52,410 nt of DNA from Nemertoderma westbladi (taxonomy: Eukaryota; Animalia; Xenacoelomorpha): the NCBI GenBank assembly GCA_032718475.1, contig JAUCBJ010005129.1:1-52410 (forward strand). The letters run 5' to 3'. Both the position numbers and the translations under genes were made by a program. The number at the start of each line of letters is the position of its first letter. Position 1 is the stretch's first letter. This document shows positions 24,057 through 37,200 of the stretch, piece by piece. Below the pieces are notes generated by a model, which did no database searches, was not told where the DNA came from, and saw nothing but the letters and a program-made list of their open reading frames with translations.

Positions 24057-25094
24057 ATGTTGATTTTAATAATCAGATCAGTATACGATGGTTCGACAAC
24101 ATTTGTATCTACTGTTGACTGTGACACAGAACCATTTGAAGTGTTATGGGGCGTCCTCCAGGGAGACACACTTGCACCATTCTTGTTCATTATTGTGGTT
24201 GACTATGTTCTACGCATGTCCTTAGATCATCATAATGATGATGGGGTGATGATAACTCCAACTACTGGCTCCAGAAGTCGAGGAAATCCTGCCAAGTACC
24301 TAACTGATCTAGACTTTGCTGATGACTTAGGAGTACTCTCAGAATCATTAGAGGGAGCCCAACGGCTCCTCAGCTCATTAGAACATGCTGCTTCTAGTGT
24401 TGGTCTTTTTATTAACTCCAGAAAGACCAAAATTCTGACAGTTAACTTTGAAAGTCCTCAGCAAGTCTCTGATCGGATGAGCATAAGCTCAAAGGATGGT
24501 ATGCTTGAGCATGTGGACGACTTCTGTTACCTGGGATCATGGATCCGGAAGTCAGGTGAGGACCTTCGAATACGTAAGGGAAAGGCATGGGCAGCCTTGA
24601 ATAGGCTTTCCAGGATTTGGAAGTCACCGAGAATTAATCGGAAACTTAAGGTCCGATTATTTAGAGCAGCAGTAGTTCCAGTACTCCTCTATGGGAGTCC
24701 ATGCTGGGCTCTAACTGCTGAGGACACCAAATCTCTGGATGGCACATTCACAAGAATGCTACGCCGGGTTCATTGTGTCAAGTACAATGCACACATCTCC
24801 AACCAGACACTATATAACATTGGAGGTGTCTCATTGGTTCCCCCAAGCTTGACACTAGAACAAAATCGCCTCCGCTTTGCAGGACATTGCTTTCGCCGTG
24901 AGGACCAGCCAGTGCATAATCTTGTACTTTGGCAGCCTCATGGAGTGAATAAGCATGGTGGACAGCCCATGACTTTCTTGAGACGCATCTTAAAGGACAC
25001 TGGCCTAAAAGATGCGGATGATCTAGCAAATGTCATGGGTGATAGGGAGTTGTGGCGGTGCAATTTTGTTGATAAGCCGGCACAGCATTCTTAA
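24057..25094 (+). mobile_element. 5'-truncated non-LTR retrotransposon (RTE-like), RT C-terminal part
   Basis: GVLQGDTLAPFLFIIVVDYVLR, LTDLDFADDL, FCYLGS, KVRLFRAAVVPVLLYGS, RLRFAGHCFR. Confidence 0.88.
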
Positions 25095-25479
25095 AAATGC
25101 AGCTGCAATGCAGCATGCCGATCCTAGTAGTCTTTTAATATTACTCTACACACAATTAGTGAGAGTTTGCTACAACTTTGTAAACGTGGTCCTTCCCCTT
25201 TGTTACTTCTCCTGCTGCAGTAGATTGGTATGATTAGCAGCGAGCTTGGATGCACTTCAAACATTCTGTTTGAAGGACGGCATTTTTCCATCGGCAAGTG
25301 AGTATACACAACTATCTGTTGTGTTTAATTGGTTATCACTAACTTACACCCTGAGAACTAACGTCCTACCACGTCCACATCTACCTACCGGCGATTGACG
25401 TATTCCAGAAAGCTGTGGAAAAGGATTTATTTGCAAACACATCCTTGAAACGAGTGGCAAATTATTAGACTACAGCTGA

Positions 25480-25725
25480 TTAAGGTGGCATATAAACATA
25501 TAGCCAAAAACTAAAAGAACTTCTAGCACCTTCAAATTCATGTAAAAATCAACGGCCTACAGGGCATTCTTCAAGTGCCTTTTAGGTGCTTTAAATGTAG
25601 TTTAAATGATTGTGATTATTGAAGTAAAGTATATCATAACTAGGCAAGTTTTTATGTATGTTGCAACTGGTCGAAATTATGTTATTAAACATAGAATGGA
25701 TTGTAAATCTCAAAACGTAATAGTA
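25480..25725 (+). mobile_element. Penelope-like (Neptune-type) linker/GIY-YIG remnant
   Basis: Broken frames give VAYK..KNLKELLAPS..CFKC..ATGRNYVIKHRMDCKSQNVI, typical of the region preceding the PLE endonuclease. Confidence 0.55.
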
Positions 25726-25941
25726 TTTGACTTAGAGGTCATCCTAAAATTTACAAGGGGCGGGTTATTCTGTTAAATTTTAAGGCACATGTACTAACGG
25801 AAGTCATTTTAGTTCGAACTTAGTTGACTTGGATAAACATGAAAATTTTTGAATTGGTACACTTCATATTATTATTCTCATGATATTGTTCTAAACAGTT
25901 GTACTCAATTATAAAATAATTAAGGAAAAATTTAACTATTT

Positions 25942-26520
25942 ACATACTTGTGTGTAAAGTAGCACTTTACAGTGTGATGATCCGAGTGCTTTATTACACG
26001 AACGAACGTTAGTGAGTGAGTGAAAATAAAGCCACGAGGATCAGAACACTGTAAAGTACTTTTCAACAAGTATGTATGTTGTTTTATTCCAAAATTGTAA
26101 CATTATGAAATGATCGTATATATTATAAGTGATAGAAACTGCACAAATTAAATTAGTTTCTGTATAAAATGAATGAAAAATGACATAAATTATGTTATAA
26201 ATAAGTTAGCTTATATTTATGGTGGCGTTTGGAGCCATGTTAATAGTTTATAGCTACTGGTTATTAATAGCTATACCACGCCTACCGGTAGGTAACTATC
26301 TGACTGACAGGCAAATACCAGCTATTGTTTACGTGGTAACCAATGTCGGCGTGTTGTTATGTCCGCTAAAGGGACATTACTTAACTGAATAAAACCAATA
26401 CAATACCAAATGTACAAGCCAATACAATGCTGTAATGTCCTCAAAAGTTGACAAGTGGTAAATAACAACTCGCTATAAATACTAACGGCGTTGAGTAATG
26501 TTACAATTTTGGAATAATAA
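25942..26520. repeat. Unclassified foldback element with two inverted-repeat pairs
   Basis: A long imperfect hairpin tacatacttg...caagtatgta (~25942-26076), plus ttattccaaaattgtaacatta / taatgttacaattttggaataa (~26085 and ~26500). Confidence 0.6.
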
Positions 26521-26962
26521 CATTTAACGTAATATTTAGTTACATTTTTGCATATGTGCTTCGCCGGTATTTGGTACGTCAGCTAAACTTTTCCGTTAAT
26601 CTTTCCAGTAAAACAAACATACAAAAAAATAGCATTGCATTTCGCAATGTTATTGTACATGTATAACGTGTATCAAATATAATTTCTTTACGGCCGATTT
26701 ACACGTGGCAACTTTTAGAGCAAATTTGTCAGGCAAAAAACTCAGGTTGCCGATCTAATTGCTTCGTATAAACAAGTAAGTTGCTGTAAAAAAAAGTTGC
26801 CATAAAAATTTTACGGAAACTTGACGGAATTTGTGAGGGTGGGTTAAAGCGGGATTATCAAATTAAATTATATTTGATAATAATATATATTTTAGTGAAG
26901 ATTTCAATGGTTGTTTATCCCCATTTGAATTTTATTCTACTATGCTATGTCTTCACTCAGAT

Positions 26963-28162
26963 TGTTCGCGCTTTCAGACCTTTGGCAGTTTAACCCGCCA
27001 GATTAAGATGTCTTCTAGATATTAAATCGCCTTTTAGCCTATGACAAGTATTTGATTCACTACACTAGTCGAAACCAATCTGTGCGCGACCATTCACCCG
27101 CTGGATATTCCCGGGAGATTGGGTTCGACGGTTTAATTTTATTGCTATGTAAGCCTAATGTATTATTCGACTGACAGTATTATATAATCTCTGACAATAT
27201 TATTCACCTTCGGGAATATTAACAGTTCCTTTAGGACGTGGCGCTTTATTTATATAAACAGATCACTCACAACGATATGGCTTAATTATAATTCACATAT
27301 ATGGCGCATTCTTTAGGAAATGCTTCTTTAACAGACTCACTCATATACAATGCTGCACAATACTGCACACTAATCTGCCAATCTTCACTGATTTTAGTCA
27401 CATATAAAAGGAACACAGACTGACTCATGTAGGGTCTATCAAATAACATTAGATTCACTTCAAACCACTTTAACATAAGTCACAATCGTTATTGGTAACC
27501 TTTCTCTCTTACCTTCGGTATATCAAGAATATTGGGTGTCGGGGTTATTTCTCGTTATTCCAATATAATAATTCATCAACAAATATAATGAATAACCGAC
27601 AACAAATAGCAGTATACAGTATTGATTGAGCAGGTAATTTTTAGCAGTTTCAGCAGTTATTAAAAGCCGTGTGTCAGCAGTGATTACGAAATTGCAGTGA
27701 TTCCATGAGTTAAAGGATATATGTCCTTATAATTAAACCTACTAGTGTTGAGCTAAAAAGCAGAAAGCACAAAACACTACAAAGCCGTTCTTTCGTGGCT
27801 TTGAAAAACTCGTGACTACTGCTCTATACGAGGATACCAACTACCCTTATTCCACGAAGCTCCCGTTCAACACAGAGAAAGAGCAGTGAGATAGGAAAAT
27901 TTCAGTTCAGTAGCTCTGTGATAGGTCAAAATCAAGGCTAACTCAAATTCTATTGGGAGATACAAAAACAAGGCTATGACGCAACCTTTCTAGGCTGGTT
28001 GGCCGATTAAACAGAGCCCAGATACCTGCGTACAGCAAATCAGCCAATAAGCTGGTAGCTTGCACTATTTTAACTATAGATCCCCTTTAGAGTATTCTAG
28101 CGACCGGGGGGGGAACTGGCCAACAAGGCAAACGAATCAGTTATCCCACAAAAGCTTTTACA
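26963..28162 (-). repeat. 3' LTR of element C (1200 bp)
   Basis: Direct repeat of 41607-42819 with TG..CA termini. The PPT complement ccgctccc follows it. Confidence 0.95.
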
Positions 28163-28240
28163 CCGCTCCCAGAAAATGGGATTTAAGTCTATCAAATATA
28201 CAAAATCACAGTTTCTAAAATATAAAAATACTCTAAACAG

Positions 28241-29569
28241 TTAGTCTTTCTTGCGCGGACGGCGTTTACGCAGTTTTTTAAAGCTAGCAAGAGTCATTTT
28301 CTCTTTGGGGGAAGCCACTTTACTAGGAGGGCCATAACTCCTGGGTGAAGGGTGCAATATGATTGCATTAGAAGGTTTGGGTTTACGGTCAGTGTCTCGT
28401 CCATTTCGATATGCTTCTCCTCGAGCTGATTTTCCTCCGCTTGTCATGGGATACGTTCGTCCAAAACTCTCGCAGAGAATAGGGTTTTCTAAGCTTGATA
28501 TCTTCTTTGAGATTCGAGGTTTCCCAATCGAACTGAGATAAGGCCAATTTGTTTATCGATTGGACTTACTGTTATAACTTACGTTTATCTGAACAAACGC
28601 AGGTTTCCTTTTTGATCTTTATAGAATAGCGTTTAACTCGTTTCGTACAACGCTCTCCTTCACTTTGATGAAGGGTTGTATCGCGTTAAACGGGACGACC
28701 ATACGGTTGGATAGTGATATTAGGTGTCTGCGTCATAATCCGGCTAGGTAAGATGGGCGGCTAGCTAGAAATCACTGTCGGAGTGTTACCGATTAATTGT
28801 TAGGGTAGCACTAGATCTTGAACAGTGAATACTGTCCGCGAGGATCCGCGACACCACCAGGATCGCAGGTCTGAGGTCCAACTAAGGAATGAGGAGGTTT
28901 GACCGAGTATTCCGGGACTCTGATCGTAGGTTTACTCTAGGATCGTTAGAGCCGAGTGAGCATAGGTGATACGTCAAACAAGTTTCGCTCGAAACTCCAG
29001 TAAATATAACGAACACAACTGTGTTTAACACAACGTTTCCGTGGATGTTTATGTCTTTCCGTTTATTGGCTGGGTCTAGGGCATTTACCGTAATAATACC
29101 AAAGACGCACGTCTGGTAGGGGAAACGCGGATGATATTTATTTGTTGTTACAATGCTTCTATCAAGAATTCCAAATATATGTTGGAGTTACCGCGTTTAT
29201 TTGTTTCTTTAATGTCTTTTCTTTCGAGCCGATTTCGAATAGAATTTTCGCATTCGAATTTCAGTTTATGGTTCCGACTCCGCTGGGCAGGATATATAGT
29301 TGACATAGTCCGTATTGTGTAAATCGATAGGATGATCAGTAGTTAAGAAGCCCATATACGTACCATTAAGCTGCGTATATCGAGCAGCGAATTTTCTATA
29401 GTCCAACTCGCGCGAGCTGCACTTGGGACATTGTCGGTTCGATATAACGACCATCGTCCTCCGCAGCAGTTGGACTAACGTCGCCGCGTATTAAGCTATC
29501 AACAAACGCTTGTAAAAGTAGAGTATATCGCTCCCCGATACCAAGACCATCTTCTATCAACTCCGTCAT
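28241..29569 (-). pseudogene. Internally deleted, degraded accessory gene of element C
   Basis: Homologous to A 1339-~2708 joined to A ~5437-5590, so the exonuclease and Zn array are absent. Retains MTELIE.. and ..LASFKKLRKRRPRKKD. Confidence 0.85.
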
Positions 29570-31221
29570 ATCTGCTATATATGAGTTTATCCATATTATA
29601 AGGAGTTTATATTTAGGCTAGCGAGCGTCGCTGCCTACTCCAATTAACCCCCGGACAGTACGAGATCCTCAGCGCCGATGTGTCGTCGCCTCTGTACTTT
29701 CGCCAACGACGTAGCCGCACAACGACAACGACAACCGGCACAAGTCACTCGACTGTCCGTCCCAAAGGCTTAGATGTACTTCAGGTTTTCCTTGGAGAGT
29801 TAGGTTACTTTTACGATTGCGACTAGCTACTGTAAACACACCTTAGCAGTAACATTCACCTATAAACTCACAAATACCACACACACAACTTGTCACAAAT
29901 TACACACATTCGGGCCATTTGTCCGTTAGTCAATGCCTTCCAGAATGTCACTGTATTATTATGTATCCTTGGATACTAGTAGTGCGCTATTTATTCCCTA
30001 TGCTATTCAATGGGACAAGCTTTCTATTGTTCTTTTAACTCAATTCTAATTCTAGCGTGGTTGTTGCTATGGTGACATTATGCAAAGCTAGCGGTAGAAT
30101 TAGGGTAATTCCAATGCATACAGATCTGGGATGTTATTTAATAGTATTCTTTAATAGTCAATGTTCTGTTTTATACATGACTTTATGAATTTTATCGGCT
30201 ATTGACTATGTTTGGGAGACTTTCACACACTCATACGCATGATAAGATAAATCTCCGCTCCCTTGATCTATTAATTAATGGAATTTTGGGAATGTTATAA
30301 ATCGCGTAAAATGGCAATTTATTAAATTCATTAAAAGACATGAATTTAAATTTATTCCCTGAAATTTTATTATTTGATAATTAAATGGGCATATTTTGAT
30401 TCTAGAACATGTCTAGGGACACAAGATCCTTAATTCTAAGAAAATTGTCTCTTTAAGAATATCGGTAAATGCTACGATATCTTAATTGACTAGAATTGTT
30501 GAAGGATCTGAATTTTACAGATTTTGACTTATTTGATTTGTAAATATTAACTAATTAATATTTGAGATGGGCACCGATTTATTCCAGAACTTGTCTGGGG
30601 ACGTTAACCACTGATTCTATAATTTGTCTTTCAAGTATATCGGTGGGTGCCACGATATCTTAATCGACTAGAATTACAGATGGTCAAAGGGTTTAACAGA
30701 TTTATTTTGCGTTATACGCTACTGTTAAAGGGACATCACGCTACTATATGTATTATTTAATATACGGTATGAGAGCAATATCGCACGAAGCAATGTCAGT
30801 GTGAAGAGGCAAGTCGTTTCCAAGGTCTACCCAGAGCTTGGTTTAGCCGAGACACGAGGATCTGAACTTTGCATTCCTAATACTCTGCCTACCAATAATA
30901 CTTAAATATAGTAGTGGCTTTATTGTACTTTAATAAGTACGGACATTTCATCTTACTGTAGTTATGTATTTATAATATAATACGGACAGTAAGGAAAGAG
31001 AAAAAATAATTATTTCTTCGCCGTCTCACTAAATATAATATAAGTAATTACGTACGTAATAAACACGAATATATTGCACTATTCTACAAAATAATCGCTA
31101 AATAATATTCTACTAAATTAAATAAAACGATTATAATAAAATTACATAGTAATACATACATAAATATAAAAATAATAATATAATATAAAATAATCGAGTC
31201 ACACGCCCACTCCGAACGATA

Positions 31222-34200
31222 TTAAGTTGGGGAGTCCCTAGATGTCGGTTGGATTAGGGAAGTGGTCGTGGGAAGAGTTTCTTGCCTTCCATAGTTTCCG
31301 GAGAGCTCTCTGTCTCTTTCCAGTAAACATAAACGTCCCACTGGGCGATTGAGCTGTTGAGTCTCAAAGACTATCCCTGGTTTCTTAAAGTTCCGCCGCA
31401 TGACGACGAGCTCTACTGATCGCACCAAACCATCGCTCGAGATATAAGTCTCGATGATACGTCCTGTTTGCCATCGCTTACATGGGAGATCGGGGTCCAC
31501 AATAAGCACCATGTCTCCAGCGCTGACGTTTTCTTGCTGCGCAAACCACTTAGTTCGAAGTTGTAGAGTGGGCAGGTAATGTTTCTCGAAATGGTCAGCG
31601 AAACGACGGGATAGCAACTGCATAAGTTGCCAGGTTCGACGGCAGTACTCGTCTCCGTCTGTGATCTCCGATCGTGGGAGCATGGCTACGGGTTTCTTCA
31701 GTAGAAAGTGCGCGGGTGTTAGCGCTTCCAGGGAATCAGGATTTGAAGAGACTGGCATAAGCGTTCTTTCGTTGAGATAGGCGGCGATTTCCTCCATTAA
31801 CGTCCGCAATAGTTCGTCGGTGAGATAAGCGCGACAAGGCACAATAAAGTGGAACGCAGTCTTCACGCTCCTAATCAATCTCTCCCAACTTCCTCCCCAC
31901 CAAGGGGCGTCGGCGGCGTTGAAGGTCCAGCTAGACGCTGTTATCCTTAGCTGGTCGTCCACCTGTCTTTTATTCCAGTCCTTTACGTAAGCTTGAATTT
32001 CGTTGTTGGCGCCAATGAAGTTTGTTCCCTTATCCGATCTCATCGTGTTACTGGTTCCGAAGCGAGCGATCTGTCGTCGTAAACTCAACACGAAGCTGTT
32101 GGTGGATAGATCGTTTACCATATCGAGATGAATGGCTCTACAAGTCATACAAACGAAGATGACACACCATCTCTTGACTATAGTCCGGGCACGATATACT
32201 TCGATAGGGCCAAATAAATCCACACCGGTATTAGTAAAGGGTGGTTCATAGAAGCTTACTCTTTCCCTAGGTAATTCTGCCTCTCGCTGGGTTAAAGGCC
32301 TACTGAATGCTTTCCTACAGGGTATGCAGTTCCTAAGAACTTGGTTCAGAGCCCTACGGGGTTTATAAAAATAGTAGCGAGTTCGAATTTCGCTCAGAAC
32401 TCGCTCTCTACCAGCATGATACAGTTTGCTATGAACATCTACAATCATCTTGATTTGTATGTCAAGATTTCTAATGAGGATGGGAAACTTAGTGTCAAAG
32501 GATAACGGGGCGTTGGTGAGCCGACCTCCAACACGTATTAACCCATCTATCATGGTACTAGAGAAGCGATCCCTTAAGCGCATCTGCGGATTTCTTAACA
32601 ACAGGAAATACTTATCGGGATCCTCATAGCATTGTAGGAGTCTCAGCATCTGTTTGTTGGTTTCATCATGCTCCTGGTAACTGATCTTCTCCTTTAGAAA
32701 CCTGTTGGATACCTTGTATTGGGGAAGATCTTTAACAACATGGACTCGTGCAGATGTTGATGGAGCATCATCACTATTGGTCTTCGTTCCGGAGTAACGA
32801 TGATGAAAACATCGTTTCAAATAGGTAACAGCTTTACAGAGCCGATTCCAGGAACTGTAGTGACGTATCGCTCTCGGCAAGAGAGGTGAGAGTCCTTGCG
32901 AGATATCTGGTATTCCAGATTTCCAATCCTTGTCACGGATTTCTAAGACTTCTTTCGTCATGGCGGTGGGTTTCTGATCCAAAGCATCATCTCCGGAAGT
33001 AAATAATACAGATAGATCAACCGCAGGTTTAAACAACTTCGATTTACTCGCTCGAGTTTTGGGTTTAACTTTCTCCGCTCCCTTGGCCTGTCTGATCTCT
33101 GCTGTTGTGAGATGGGGAGGCCATTCTTCTTCTTCCCTGTAGAGAAAGTCGGGTCCTCCTAACCATTCGGGAGTATTTACCAATTCCTTTGGAGTCGCTC
33201 CTCGGGACGCGATGTCTGCTGGATTAATCGTTCCGGGGCAATGTCTCCATTGGTCCATCGTCGTGCGACTAAGTATGATGGCTACCCTGTTGGTAACGAA
33301 GACGCTGAACTGACAGACTTCATTGGTTATATACTCTAACACGAGTAAAGCGTCGGTCCAATAGACAGTCTTCTCTAATGGATAGTCAATCTGTTCGGTT
33401 ACATTCCGGCCGATGGCTGTAGCGTATAGAGCCGCCTTTAACTCCGCTCGAGGAACTTTCAACTTGTTGTTGATTAATGCCTTAGAAGTAACCAAGGCGA
33501 CTTTGATTCCATCCGGAGTTTCCACTCTTAGGTAGGCTACTATACCGATTCCCATATCGCTGGCGTCTCCAAACACATGGAGTTGATAGGAATACGTAGG
33601 GAGAACATGACCAAAATATGAACGGGAAATTATAAAATCCTCGATGGCTGGCAGAGAATCTTCCCATTTCATCCACTTCTTCAATAATTCTCCCTTAAGT
33701 GGATCGTCCCATGAGTGGTTTTCAAGCCACATTTGTTGTACCAAACTACGAGCAATCAATATAACTGGGCTAATAAATCCCAATGGATCTAAATAAGTGC
33801 TCAGTATACTTAAGCAAATCCGTTTGGTTCGAACTGGATTATCTCGCTGTTTTAGCTGGAAAAACAGGATATCTCGCTCTGTGTCCCATTTCAAGCAGAG
33901 TGTCTTGGTCTCTGGCAGATCATCTTTGATCAAATCGAGATCTTTCGCTCCTCGATCTTCCGCAGGGATCGACTCCAGAAACTCACGGGAGTTGCTGGTG
34001 AATTTGGTTAATCGAAATCCACCTCCTTTTAAGCACTCTACCGTTCCCTTAGCGACCTCAATGGCTTCCTCAACTGATGGGAGGGACTTCAGATTGTCAT
34101 CCATGTATATGTCTCTCTTGATGTTGTCGATCACTTCCTTAGAGAATGCCTCTCGGTTGTCCTCTGCAGTAGTACGCACTACCGAACAGGCGTTGGAAGG

Positions 34201-37200
34201 GCTTGAGATTATCCCAAAGGCCTGGATGGTCATCCAGTACTCCACCGGTTTCTGGTTGAGATCTCCTTCGGGCCACCACAGAAATCGTAGACTATCTCGA
34301 TCCCTATCTAACACCTTGACTTGTAAGAACATGCCTTCTATATCGGAGGCGAAAGCAATCGAATATTGTCACAATCTTAAAAGAATTCCCAACAAAGATT
34401 GAAGCAAGTTGGGTCCGGGTAGCAATTCAGAGTTAAGGGATTGACCCATGTAAAGAGCGGAGCCATCAAACACTACTCTCACTTCATGTGGCTTACCGGG
34501 TTTAGGAACGTAATGGTGGATTAAGTAATACGTTCTTTCAGTCACAGGTGTTTCTTCCGGTACTCTCTCCGCGTATCCCTTACTAATAAATTTTTCCAGC
34601 TGTGTTTGATACATTGCTTTAGCTGAAGAATTAGCTGTAAGGCGTCGATGGAGTTGCGCGATTCTTTTTTCCGCCAGGGGTCTGTTATTGATGAACTTCG
34701 GTTCTCTCTTGCGAAAAGGTAAACCGACTTCGTACCTTCCTTGATCTTTGAGGAAACGTGTAGTTGTCTCTTGGATCTGCTTGGCCCTTTCCTCTTCCAC
34801 CGACAAGGCTTTATCGTAGGAATTGGGCTCTACCGCCTCTTGCGTAAAGAATCGTACAGCATGTTCATCTCGAGTCTTGGCATTGCAACGCTCAATGACG
34901 TCATTTAACTCGTCGTTATAAGCTTCTCGTTCAGGTGGATAGAGAAGTTGACATAAGTTCACTTGGTTTTGCCAAGCCTCGTTTTCCTTAAGGAGATCGA
35001 TGGTATTCTCCTCATCAAAAAGCTGGTGAACGTCGTCATTATCTGAGGAGTATGGAATTCCCTCAGTTGAGTTGTCTCCCTCACCGGTATCATCTTCCCA
35101 TTCACTCACCTGGCATACGCTCTCTGGCGGTAGTCTTTCTCTGAGTGTTCTACGGGAAGGGCCAGTAAAGTACCAACCTACTCTAGTTCTTACCGCATAG
35201 GTCTGTAGGGGCTGCGGTTGAGCAGGCCGTTTCTCTAACGTCTCCAGCGCCTCATGCGCGTTTTGGCCGATGAGTATTTGCACTCCAGGATAATCAGTCT
35301 GGAATCGAGGTATGTTAAGATGTTGGATGCTCTCATCCTCGTCCCAATTATAAAGGTCTGCTTGAGTAGTAGCGAAGTTCTTTATAGCCACCATTTTCAC
35401 TGACCTTATGCTGTGTTCTCCTAGTTCGTCCTGGGGGGTGGACAACGCTCCTACATAATAATCAGCTGTTATTGTAGATTTCCAAACTTGCATAATGCCT
35501 GACATGTTGAGCTTAGTTTGGAACTTGGGTTGTCCAGCAAATATATCTTCGGCTAGCTCTTTGTCGATGAATGTTCCTGTACTACCGGAGTCAAGGAGGG
35601 CGTTCACTACATAACTCCTCTCAGGTCCGTGAACCCTTACTTGCACCACAGGAAACTCTCGGATCCCTACATTGGAAGATGGCTCTTTCCAAGGTGGTTG
35701 TCGCTCAGAAGTAGTTAAAGTAAAGTCGTTGTCTGTATCTTTTTCATATGTGAGTGCTCGATACACTGCGGTATTTATCATGTAACAGGATTCGTTTTCA
35801 TCGGAGAACTCGTCTGTATAGAATCCTTCCATCTCAGATTGATCAGTGTCGTTCACATCACTGAATTGGACATGTAGCTCGGAATCACTTACCTGATTCG
35901 GACTATTTCGATCGAATTCAGCGTGCAACAAGATATGATGTTTCGCACCACACTTTGCACACCTTATGTCAGAGAAACAGGTTCGCCGTTGGTGTCCTTG
36001 TCTGAGGCAATTATAACATAACCGCTTATCCCACATGACTTCGCGTCTCTCCGTTAATGATTTCTTTAGAAATTCATCACACCTATTCAAATGGTGGGTC
36101 CCGTCACACAGCGCACATTTCGGTTTGATGTTACTTACCTTATTCTGAGTCACATTGTGTACACTTGCTCTTTCTTCGGGCTTTCTCACCTGAATTCTCT
36201 TGGGAGACGTGGGAGGAGTTTTTCTTATCGGTTCTCTCCTGTCATTTGCTCGAGACTTGAATTTACTTACCTGATCTTTAGGCATTTTATTGACATAATA
36301 AGATCTCTCAGTGTCTTTCCCGCTATCTTCTCCTTGAGAAGTCTGGCTTTCGCCGTCGTCTGTATAACACACTGGTGTTACCTTTCTCCTAGAGACGGGT
36401 TTTTCACTTACCTTGTTTTCCGGTGTCTTCTCTCGGGACTGCTTGAGGAGTTGCAATTTCACTTCTCCATCCAAGAATGACATGAGATCAGCCATGGTAG
36501 GGTCTCGTCGTTGTTGTTCCATCATATATAGTACTTTCTTATCCCAGCGTGTGCCTACCCCACCTTTCGGTAAAGTAGAAGCCACAGCTCCAATGACCAT
36601 AGAACTTTGGTATTCATGAGACTTACCTAACCAATCTAATTGTCTACAGATCTCTTGAATCTCATCGGAAAACTCTATTATCCCACTGCTGATGAACTTT
36701 CTGGGCGCTACTAATTTTGCATATAAATACTTAGCGATATTATTCCTATTACCATACCTGATGTTTAGTGTGTCCCAAACTTGTCTTAATCCGTCTGGAT
36801 GTCCAATAAACTTTAACGCCATTAACTTGGGAGATCCTTCCAAGCAGTCGATGAGGTATCTAAGTTTTTCTCCATTAGATAGTACAGAGTTCTGTATGTT
36901 ATCTTTGTAATATTCATTAAAAGGTAACCATTTCATCTCATCTCCATTGAACTTGACGATCTCTCCCACCTTCACCGCTTGCCGGGCTTCGGTTCTAGCC
37001 ATTTGACGCGTAAAACTTTCTTGGGCCATCGTGTTATTTAATATCGAGTTATCGGTATATAAATTTCTCGGATTATGATCAGTTCTATATGGAATATCAT
37101 TATCAACAGGTCTATAATTACCCTTAATAGGGTTCACTATAGGAGTTTCTACTTCGCTAGCAGTATATATGCGTGTAGGCTCCACACCTTGCGCATGAGA

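Noticed and set aside
27282-27476. 64-aa ORF duplicated at 41939-42133
   Set aside because: The duplication merely reflects LTR identity; there is no other coding evidence.
1-30930. A giant inverted-repeat element formed by 1-5685 and 28150-30930
   Set aside because: Better explained as two independent, diverged family-1 insertions in opposite orientation.
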